A stretch of DNA of 64,000 bases from Octopus sinensis (lineage: Eukaryota): assembly GCF_006345805.1 (NCBI RefSeq), contig NC_043012.1:22258001-22322000 (forward strand), read 5' to 3'. Made by a program: the position numbers and the translations under genes. Positions 54,630 through 64,000 of the stretch are shown piece after piece; positions within the stretch are counted from its first letter, which is position 1, and every line of letters starts with the position of its first letter. Under the pieces are notes generated by a model. It was not told the DNA's origin. It did no database searches and saw only the letters and a program-made list of their open reading frames with translations.

Positions 54630-55850
54630 AGGGTGCGATAGGTAAATTATCGCCATCTTATATTTTTAATTTTGCTCATGCGCATTGTTTTTGATTTTGT
54701 TGACTACACAGTATAGTAGGATCAGTTGGGCACTGTCTATGAGAAAAACAACACCAAGATGCAATTCACTCTGTCAGATATTTGGAAATGACATGCAATT
54801 CTGCTTGGCATTCGCGCTGGAAGCTCCAATACGGACATTTCAGAGTGTTTGGGTGTCAATCGGAAGACATGGATCGAGAGTGATAAAAATCAAACATCCA
54901 GTCAACATCATGGTGTTTGGAGTGATCACCAGTGATGGCGACGTTATGCCTCCATTCATCTTCCCACGTGGCCTTAGGTCCAACACGGTGGCCTACATCA
55001 AGTGCCCGGAGGAGGTAGTGCTGCCTTGGGTCAAGAGGGTGGCTGCTATGTCTGGCAACAGGACTCTGCACTATGCCACACAAACAGAACCTAGTCATGG
55101 CTGTCAGACAATTTCTGCGACCACATCAACCCTAACATCTGGCCACCTAACTCCCCAGACTGCAAGCCCCTTGATTAATATGTGTGGGGCGCAGTTGAGC
55201 GAGATACCAACAAAACTCCTACTCTTTTACTTGTTTCAGTCATTTGACTGTGGCCACGCTGGAGCAACGCCTTTAGTCGAGCAAATCGACCCAGGACTTA
55301 TTCTTTGTAAGCCTAGTACTTATTCTATCGGTCTCTTTTACCGAACCGCTAAGTTACAGGGACGTAAACACACCAGCATCGGTTGTCAAGCGATGTTGGG
55401 GGGACAAACACAGACAAACATACACACACACATACATATATACATATATACGACGGGCTTCTTTCAGTTTCCGTCGACCAAATCCACTCACAAGGCTTTG
55501 GTCGGCCCGAGGCTATAGTAGAAGACACACTTGCCCAAGGTGCCACGCAGTGGGACTGAACCCGGAACCATGTGGTACGTAAGCAAGCTACTTACCGAAG
55601 ATGAAGTGAAGGCTAGGATTATGGCAGCATTCACCAACTTAAAAAAGGAGACCGCCCAGAAGAGTTGCAGAAGACTCCGATGTTGTCTGGCGGTCGTGGT
55701 TGAAGCCAATGGCGATTTTATTGAATAATTTTACTCTTTAGTATTTCAAGACATTTTCATGTAATTTTGGTAAATATATAAGTTAAAATGAGACGACATA
55801 GTTATTTTCCTTTACACGTTATTTAGACGAGAGCTTATTCACTACACCAT
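54630..55850 (+). pseudogene. Internally deleted Tc1/mariner (maT/DD37D-like) transposase remnant
   Basis: Decayed segments: HTH-like WK*HAILLGIRAGSSNTDISECLGVNRKT; KHPVNIMVFGVITSDGDVMPPFIF; YVWQQDSALCHT...WPPNSPDCKPLD*YVWG; and after the SINE EDEVKARIMAAF...VVEANGDFIE*. Confidence 0.85.
55218..55595 (-). mobile_element. SINE family A copy inserted in a DD37D-like transposase
   Basis: Family A sequence splits the transposase between ...ERDTNKT and TEDEVKARIM... Confidence 0.85.
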
Positions 55851-56012
55851 ATGTGTGTGTGTATGCGTGTGAGGGAGAGAGAGAGTGTGTGTGTGTGTGT
55901 GAGTGAGTGGTGTTATTACCTGTTCGAATATGTCAGTGGTACGTTCGAACTCGTAAACAAGCTATACATTGAGTTTTGTGATGGAGAAAATTTCTCGCTG
56001 TACACAAATGGT

Positions 56013-56051
<39 letters not shown>

Positions 56052-56254
56052 AACAAACAACTAGTTTCCACACAATTCCTGTCTACCAAATTCACTCACA
56101 AGGCATTGGTCGGCCCAGTACTATAGCAGAAGACAATTTGCATATGAGGCCACGCATTGTGTGTGAACCCGAACCGGAAACCAGCTGGTTGCAGAGCGAA
56201 CTTCATAACCACATAGCCATGACTGTTTGATTCTGATACAACACACAGCTTTAA

Positions 56255-57383
56255 GGAGTCCAACGCGGTAAACTGGAGAGGATATGGGGTAGAACTGTGT
56301 TTGATGGCCACAAAAGAGGACATTGAAAGGTTCCCCTACAGAATAGAAATTGAAGATGAGAAAACCCTCAGTGTAATTGTAGAGGGAAGAAAGCCAAACT
56401 GCTACTTGTGCGGGACAAGGGGTCACATTAAAAAAGAGTGCCCGTTATACGAATTCGTAGCGGAGTGCGAGCAGGAACTTGAAGAAAAGAAGAATACGGT
56501 AAATGAAAAAGAAAACATAGAAAAGGAAACAAAACAACAAGAGAAAGGAAATAATAAGTCAATGAAGGAAAAAGAAATAAAAGAAAAGAAGAAATAGAAC
56601 CAAAACAGAGGCAGGAAAAAAAAAGGAAAAAGAAACAACAGGAAAAAAACAAGAGAGAGATCAGAATCAAACGAAAAGAAAAGACGGCACACAAAAAGAA
56701 AAAGAAAAGGAACATAAAACACGAGAGAAAGAGAGAACAGACAAAGAACCAAAAAGACAAGAGAAGGAAGAAGAAAGAAAAGAAGGCAAAAGAGAGAAAG
56801 AGAGAAACAAAGAGAGGAGAACAAGGAAGAAATAAGCCCGAAAAGAAAAACGAGGGAAAACGTAGGACGGAAACAAGATTACTACTTCTACAAGTTAGTA
56901 ACCTTCAATTTCTGCCTGAAATGAAAGAATTGACATGTAATACGGAGGACATATATGGGTCAACAGGATGACCGATCAGTGGCAGGAGACTGCTCTAATC
57001 CCCGAAGAAAGAGTCGCTGAGTTCCTCAGAGCTGCCGGAGAGAGTGTAACGTTTTACACGAGTGTTCGAGTGGAGAGAGCGGCTGCCTGAGGGCTCAGTG
57101 ACTGACTTTAGAGAATTGAAAACTATTATGGAATACGTATAGAATTGTGAGAAGAGAGAGAAGAAAGAAGAGAAAAAAGAAAATATTGTGAAATATATGT
57201 GACGAAAATGTAACCTCTCGATTCCGGGGATCGAGTGGGCATTTACATCTCATTGTAAATATTCTTTCATATGTCATTTTTTACTTTTATTTTTTTCCTT
57301 TTCTTGTCATTCGCTTTCTTATTTTAAGTTCCCCGATTGTATTGTCCCCTCTATGTTCGCCCCTTGTGGGTAATAATAAAATC
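56255..57383 (+). mobile_element. 5'-truncated ORF1-only (HAL1-like) retroposon
   Basis: Perfect 14-bp TSD acacacagctttaa (56241-56254 / 57384-57397). It starts mid-ORF1, then has a K/E-rich A/G tract and a 3'UTR ending in ttgtcccctctatgttcgccccttgtgggtaataataaa. No ORF2. Confidence 0.85.
56256..56597 (+). pseudogene. ORF1 fragment with zinc knuckle
   Basis: Open frame from the 5' junction: ESNAVNWRGYGVELCLMATKEDIERFP...VIVEGRKPNCYLCGTRGHIKKECP. Confidence 0.85.
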
Positions 57384-57819
57384 ACACACAGCTTTAACAG
57401 ATGAGTGCGAGGCAATGAGCATCAGAAGAGGTTAAAGCAAGACAAAGAAAGGATCTGCACTAGATTAGGAACGAGAGGCGATGAGAAGGATCTAGAAGCT
57501 ATCTTTACTACGGTACGAAGCGAGGCCAATCCATTTGAAGTTGGGGGCCACTGACCCTTTTACATCTGTCTTTCGGTGTTGTTTGCTTCTGATAAGGTGA
57601 AGCGAGACTTGTTGGAAGCGGAAGAAGTTTAGTGTCAGCAGCTTTACATATATTTGCAAAGAAAGAGTGAAGAGAGAGAAAGTGATTGATGCGTTCTTCG
57701 ACCCAATCAAGCATCAGAAACTTGTAACGTTGGTGTGTGCGTGTGTCTGCATGTATCTGAGTGTGTGTGTATCTGTGTGTGTCTATGTTACACACACACA
57801 CACACACACATATGTGTAT

Positions 57820-57866
<47 letters not shown>

Positions 57867-57869
<3 letters not shown>

Positions 57870-57898
57870 AGTGGCTGTGTGGTAAGTAGCTCGCTAAC
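57867..57898 (+). mobile_element. Isolated tRNA-like head of SINE family A, broken by retroposon insertion
   Basis: aggagtggctgtgtggtaagtagctcgctaac matches the head of intact family A copies (e.g. reverse complement of 37231-37270). The remainder of the SINE does not follow. Confidence 0.8.
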
Positions 57899-59383
57899 GC
57901 GCATGTGTCGAGTTATTTGCTGTGTTGAGTTTTTGACTAGGCGGACAGAATCTTTTGAGCTGCTCGCCAGCGGTTTGTTGGCAAGTGGAAAAGAATGTAT
58001 TCAGACCTTAGCGAGTACGAACTATCCACATCAGAGGAGGAGCTCGTTAAGGCGGTAAACAGAATGGACGAACATTTGGAAAGAACAAAAAGTTTTGCTG
58101 ACGCGGCAGAGGTAAAGAAAAAGGAAGTAGACCTAACAGAACTGAAGGAGCTGTATAAGATGACACAGAAGGTGGGAAGTGACGTAAAGTTATTACCCCC
58201 GAAAACGGTTATGGCAAATATGGAAAAGAAGACAATTACCTACAAGGTGCACTCAGTGGAGAGTAGGAGGGTGGAGCAGATGAAGATGGAAAAAGTAGAA
58301 AAAGCTCTCAAGGGGCTTTCGAAGGAAGTAACATATATAGCAAAAGGAAGCGGATATGGGACGGTTGTTGTCCAGTTTAAAACAGAAGAGGAGGCAAAGA
58401 GGCTGGCAAGTACAACCGTAAAAACTGAGGAACTAGTACTTCTACCCTCCTATCTTAGAAGAAAGAATTCTAAGGTGAGGGTAGAAGGAATTCCACCTGA
58501 CATAAAAAGTGGCTTGGGTTGCGGCAGCCGTCCTCGTTGGAAGTGAGGAGGTGACTGTCCTCCAAGCCACAGAGACAGAGGAAGGAAGCTACAAAGGAAA
58601 ATTACTGGAAATGATCATACAAGCGGAGGCGAAGGAGCTGGAAAATTTGGCGGAAACGGTGACAATGGGAGAAATAGTATTGAGAGTATGGGTAGAAGGC
58701 AGAACCCCGCGGTGCTTTAAATGTGGCCAAAAAGGCCACATTAGAGCACACTGTCCCCTACAGAAGAAAAAGATAGAGGAAAAAATACATGAACCAGTTG
58801 CGGAGACAAAGAAGAAAAAAGAGGACGAAGACAAAGACGGACGAAAGGAGGAAGAATGGATAGTAGCAGAGAGCAGAAGTAAGAAGAGGAAGAAAAGAAA
58901 GAACACTGAGTGTGAAATGGTACCCCAGTCCAACACCATCCCACCTAAGACCACTCAGACCCACCCGCCCCATACAGACACCAGACCCACCAACTCCCTT
59001 TCCCCACAAGAAAAAAAGAAAAAGAAAAAGAGCAGACACCACAGAATTTAGAAAACCCCTCCCCCGGTGAAAAAGGTTGCGAAAGAATGTTGTCTTTAAG
59101 CGATAGTGAGAGTGGAAAAAGAAGGACTAGACCAGAGATTAGAGAAGAATTCAGACTCAAAGGCAGCGAGTGGTGTTGCTCAGAGTGGGGTGAGTAGCAC
59201 ACTCGTCATATTTCATTTTCAGATATCATGCATGTTATCATAAACTTAATTTATTTTCTCACGTTCATTTTCATGTCACTCACAGTATCATTTTATTTTT
59301 ACATATTCTTAATTGTTATATGTCTCCACATGTTTTGTAGTGTCCCCTCTATGTAATGCCTTTATGGCAAAATAATTGAAATA
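57899..59383 (+). mobile_element. Full-length ORF1-only (HAL1-like) non-autonomous retroposon
   Basis: Flanked by a 15-bp imperfect TSD (aagtagctcgctaac 57884-57898 / aagtagcttgataac 59384-59398). It has a short 5'UTR, ORF1, about 330 bp of 3'UTR with no EN/RT, and an A-rich tail. Confidence 0.85.
57995..59051 (+). pseudogene. Tx1-type ORF1 with one frameshift near 58505
   Basis: ORFs 57995-58546 and 58509-59051 join into one protein. It aligns without gaps to the LINE ORF1 (37/94 identical by hand count) and contains VWVEGRTPRCFKCGQKGHIRAHCP. Confidence 0.85.
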
Positions 59384-59761
59384 AAGTAGCTTGATAACCT
59401 CACTGACTGAAGAGTGACTTTGCTTACCTTACTACGGTTTGGACGCGTTTTCTTCCCGGTAAGAGTTTTGCTGTGTTGTTAATTGTTGAATTTTACTACT
59501 GAACGTTGTTGAACTGTCTTGTTCTCCGGTTTTACCGGGGAATAATTGGATAATTTGTTACTGTTGAACTGTTAGCCATTGTGGCTTTTTTATCTACGTG
59601 ACTATATATAGTCTTGCCAGACTATTTTCGTGCCCCTTCCCCCGAATGGGGGTGGGAATTGAAATTTTTTGAACTGCTTTTTACCACTTATTGAACTGCT
59701 TTGGAAGAAAAACTTTCTATAGGTTTCCCAGTTTTGTGGGAAACCAATATTCGTAATTTTT

Positions 59762-61447
59762 GTGTTGTCTAATTTCAACAGAATAACGTCTGTTGAGATT
59801 ATTCACGAAAATAGTGCTCTTGAGGAGAGCAATGTTAACTGTAGTAAAAAATTTTCTGCGGTAGCCGCAGTGGCTACCGAGAACATTGACATCAATGTCA
59901 ATCAGCTCGTCGAGCTATTTAAAAGAATGAAAGAGGAGGGTGGTGATGTTAAAATATCACCCTCCGCCAGTATCGTGGAGACCGAGAAGCGGACCGTAGT
60001 GTTTAAAACCTTCTGTCCACAAAGCAGAAGGTTCAAACACTTTGAAAAAAACACCATCGAGAAATGCCTGTCCCCGATTTGGAAGGACATTGTGTACGTC
60101 GCCAGGGGACGGGCATATGGCACTGTGGATGTCCGCTTCTCGGGGGAAGAGGTGGCCCGCGGGCATTCTGTGAACCCCCTAAAAACCAAGGAGGTGGTAC
60201 TTTTCCCAAGCTATAGGGGACGCAGGACGTCCTGGGTCAGGATTGCAGAAGCCCCGCCGGAAGTAGATCCGGTAGAGGTAGTGGCCGCCCTGTTATATAA
60301 AAGGACGGCGAGCTGGCAGAAACGTTAGCGCGCCGGGCGAAATGCTCAGCGGTATTTCGTCTGTCGCTACGTTCTGAGTTCAAATTCCGCCGAGGTTGAC
60401 TTTGCCTTTCATCCTTTCGGGGTCGATAAATAAAGTACCAGTTTCGCACTGGGGTCGATATAATCGACTTAATCCCTTTGTCCGTCCTCTCCATGTTTAG
60501 CCCCTTGTGGGTAGTAAAGAAATATATATAAAAGGACGGACAAAATTAAAATACTACAAGTAACATGCTCTGCCCCTCTATATTGGCTTGGGCGAGACAT
60601 TAATATAATAATTCAAGGAACACCGGAGGACCTGCAGCTCCTTCCTGAGAGGGTGCTCGTGGGCGAGAACGTGGCCCTCAGGGTACAGGTCGAAGGCCGA
60701 AAACCCACCTGTTACGCCTGCGGCAAAAAGGGCCACATTCGTGTAGACTGTCCAGACAAGCAAAAGAAACCGCAGACACCAGGCCCCTCAGATAATTAAA
60801 AAATCCCTACCCTTGCAAACTCACCTACCCCTACAAAAACAAAAAATCCCACTCCTGCTGTTACGGTGCCAACCCCAAAACAAACTGAAGAAAAAACCCA
60901 GCCCTCGCACTCACATACCCCTACACTATTAAAACCTCCCACCTCCTTAAAAACTGCGGCGCCTACTGAACAAACTATTGCTACCCCAGACGATACCATG
61001 GAGGTATCAGAGGGGGGATTTACAACAGTTCGTAAAAGAATTCGTGCATCATTCCCATCCACATCCCCTACAAAAAATAATAAAAACAAAGACACACCAC
61101 AGACACGAAAAAAAAAATCCCGCTCAGCTGGCCCAGAAAAAGAAGACAAAAAAAATGAACTCATATTAATTGAATTCGACACACAAAACAAATACATAAA
61201 CGATATTGTGGTTCCGCATCAGTCAGCAAGACTGTACAACAAATACAAAGATCGAAACGAGAGATGTGCGTGGATTGCGGAAACAACGTTCAAACAATTA
61301 AAAGACAGACAACCAAACGCCATCCGGCATATGGCGAACTTGCCGGACTATCTGAAGAAGGAGGAGAAAGAAGGGGTCCACAAATGTGTGGTGAGGTCGG
61401 CCCCAACCTTTCCAATGAAATGTAAGAAGAACTTTTACTTTTTGTAA
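59762..61447 (+). pseudogene. Tx1 ORF1 (gag-like, RRM-like region + CX2CX4HX4C knuckle), interrupted by a SINE and one in-frame TAA
   Basis: Removing the SINE and one TSD copy restores the frame: ...VAALLYKRT|DKIKILQVTC...VQVEGRKPTCYACGKKGHIRVDCP. After one in-frame TAA the same frame continues through the P/T/K-rich ORF 60866-61447. Confidence 0.9.
60307..60524 (+). mobile_element. Young SINE family B inserted into Tx1 ORF1
   Basis: Near-consensus ggcgagctggcag...gccccttgtgggtagtaaagaaata. TSD tatataaaaggac(gg) at 60294-60308 and 60525-60539. Confidence 0.92.
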
Positions 61448-64000
61448 TGGCTTCTCTTAACCTTGGTTGTTTAAATGTGCGTGGTCTGAGTTCGAAGTGG
61501 AAGCAGGCTTGTTTCCTCGACGACCTCAGATCACATGATATACATGTGATGGTTGCTACAGAGACCAAGCTGGACAGCCTACAAACCTTCTCGCCTCTCC
61601 TGAATGGCTACGAGAAAATCATGTCTCCTGGCCAGACCGGAGGGCGAGGGGGTGTAGTGGTACTGATCCGTAAAGACTTGGCTCTGCAGACATGTACAGT
61701 CTATGTAGACCCAGAAGGTGGGCTGGTCGTCCTTGATGTGACATACAGCAGTAAGGCCTTCAGGTTGATCGGACTCTATGCACCTTGTGCTAGAGGTTTC
61801 CAAACTGATTTTTATCGGCGCCTAGAGGGCTTTCTCGTGACGTCGAAGACTTTAGTGATATTAGGGGACTTTAATGCTATCGTTGACGTACACATCGATA
61901 GCGTTGGCTCGATCTATAGGAAAGTGAACTCACGTCTCGTGGATCTGCTTAAGCGGTTTCAGCTGGCAGATCGTTACAGACTTGACCATCCGAACGTCCC
62001 AGAGTGGACCTGGATGAGTGGCGACGGAAGGTTCAAGTCTTATCTAGACAGGATAGTGATAAGAACTAGAGATAAGTCTAGTTTTAGTTTTAGCTCGTCC
62101 AGGTGCCCTATACTGACCATAGAATGGTCACGTGTAGACTGGACATAGATAGCACACTTAAGATAGGAACCGGCTACTGGAAGCTGAACAAGTCTATTTT
62201 GACTCGCGAGGCATACCGTAGCCGGATTAAGGAGTTAGTGCAGAGGGCGTTAACCGGAGCCGTGGTTAATAACCGGTGGTGGTTCGCCCTCAAAAGAGCC
62301 ATTCGATTCGAGTCCATTAGATTTAGTAAACAACTAAGACTAGATAGGGCTAGAATTGAAGGGCAACTAGTTAAGAACTTAGAGGAGGCGTTGAGGTTGG
62401 GCTCTGCATCTCACATTTTAGCGGCGAGAACGGCATTAGACCGTCACCTCAAAACCAAACATGAGGGATGTAGAGTTCGGGCTAAAGTACGAGCATTGGG
62501 CCGTGAGGGAATTAATGTTGCCGGATGGGCCCGTACGATAGAAACACAGCGTGGCAACGATGCCACAATTGGGTCTCTTGTTGATGAAAACGGATGCACG
62601 ATCAAGAAGCGGGACGAGATGTGTGAGGCACTTCACAAGCACTTCGCCGAGTTGTTCGGGAGGTGCGGGACGCTGGATCATGTTGAAGCCCTTAGGGACT
62701 TCCTGTCTGGTGGCCCGCGCCTCTCGACACAAGAGGCTGAGTGCTGTGAAGGGCCAATCACAGCCGAAGAAGTAATCGAGGTGTTGGGCAAGTGCCGCGG
62801 GGAGAAGTCGCCGGGTCTCGATGGTCTGCCCTATGAATTTTATAAAAGTATGCCAGACTTGTTCGGGCACCTGCTGGCTAGCGTCTACGCCAACTGGCAG
62901 CAGAATGGGAGAATTCCCAAGTCTGCGAGCCGGGGGGCGGTGACGTTGATCAGGAAGGACCCGAACAAGGGGGACGAAACTTCAGGCCCATAACTCTGTT
63001 GAACACAGAGTTAAAGATTCTGGCCAAGGTGCTAGCAAAAAGGTTGGCGCGGGTCGTGGACAAACGTGTCGGGGAAGCGCAAACGTGCGCTATCCCTGGC
63101 AGAACGATCTACGACAATCTCCACCTTATACGCTACTCCTTAGAGAGGGTGGGGAAGCTTTCTGGCGCAGGGGGAGCACTGGTACATTTAGACCAGTCCA
63201 AAGCATTTGATAGGGTCGACCATCAGTACTTGGCGGCGGTCCTCGGTGAGGCTGGCCTAGGCCCGACCTTTCGAGGTTGGATCGCTGCTTTGTATAGCGA
63301 CATCGAGTCTGTAGTCAAGGTGAACGGTTTCTTTTCGAAGCCGTTCAGGATCAAGCGTTCAGTTCGTCAAGGGTGTCCCTTGTCCTCGCTCCTATACGTA
63401 TTGGCTCTTGAGCCTTTGCTGCGGAAGTTGGAGGCACTAGGGGGCGCCCCGCATGATCTATGGTGTGGAAGAGGAGCTACGGCGTATGCGGATGACACCT
63501 CCATCATCGTGGCAGACGAAGGCCAGCTTCCAGTGGTGGAAGAGGTCATCAAAAGCTACGAGGCGGTCGCAGGATCAAAGGTTAACAAGGACAAGTCGGT
63601 CGGTTTGCAACTCGGCACCTGGAGGGGCAAGCCGATGCCGTCCAATAACGTCGTAGGGCGTTGGACGGAAGGTCCTGTTAAGCTGCTCGGAGTCTAGTTC
63701 GGGCCAGACCTCCAGATTGAGAAAAATTGGAGTGAGGTGGCCAACAAAGTGACCGCTCTAACCCAGACCTGGTCTGGGCGGGCGTTATCCCTGCTAGGAA
63801 AGGCGGAGGTGGTGCAGATGTTTATAGCATCAGTAATCACCTACCGTCTGACCGTGGTGCCTTGCCCCGATTTGTGGCTGAACAAGTTGGAGAGAATCCT
63901 TTTCCGATTTTTGTGGAAAGGAGGAAAGCCACTTGTAAAGCGCTCTGTCTGCTGCCAGAAACCGCTAAAGGGTGGGCTAGGGATGCCTTGGCTGAGGATG
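61447..64000 (+). pseudogene. Tx1 ORF2: APE endonuclease + reverse transcriptase (two frameshifts, one TAG)
   Basis: APE motifs NVRG, ETK, YAP, GDFN, SYLDRI, TDH. RT motifs KSPGLDGLPYEFY, LDQSKAFDRVDH, VRQGCPLS, AYADD, VNKDKS. Frameshifts near 62100 and 62990; TAG at 63695 followed in frame by FGPDLQIEKNW...GGLGMP. Confidence 0.95.

Larger units (their letters stand above)
59399..64000 (+). mobile_element. Tx1/L1-clade non-LTR retrotransposon (5'UTR, ORF1, ORF2), 3' end beyond window
   Basis: About 360-bp 5'UTR, then ORF1 with a CCHC knuckle, then ORF2 with APE and RT motifs in canonical order. Several frameshifts and stops are present. Confidence 0.95.

Noticed and set aside
54685-55518. 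277-aa ORF as a host gene
   Set aside because: It is a chimera of out-of-frame transposase remnants and an antisense SINE.

Overview
AT-rich, microsatellite-dense metazoan genomic DNA. The repeat content (tRNA-derived SINE families, RTE, CR1 and Penelope-like fragments) resembles what I recall of Octopus or other cephalopod genomes; this is inference, not a database result. No intact host gene can be called, only a few weak candidate exons. Almost all listed six-frame ORFs are microsatellite or repeat artefacts. The main signal is a same-strand cluster at 56.2-64 kb. It contains (i) two short retroposons with target-site duplications (TSDs) that carry only a Tx1/L1-type ORF1 (RRM-like region plus CCHC knuckle) and no ORF2, i.e. 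HAL1-like 'half-LINEs', and (ii) a Tx1-clade LINE with ORF1, APE endonuclease and RT that runs off the window. The ORF1-only elements end in the same 3' tail and stem-loop as the young copies of an abundant SINE, and one such SINE sits inside the LINE's ORF1. The second half-LINE and the LINE appear to be inserted at the same position inside the tRNA-like head of another SINE. Elsewhere there are minimal hammerhead-ribozyme motifs, a TTAGGG-carrying MITE with a filled/empty site pair, an element embedded in (AAT)n tracts, Helitrons, a decayed DD37D-like transposon and a 1.15-kb degenerate 10-bp repeat.
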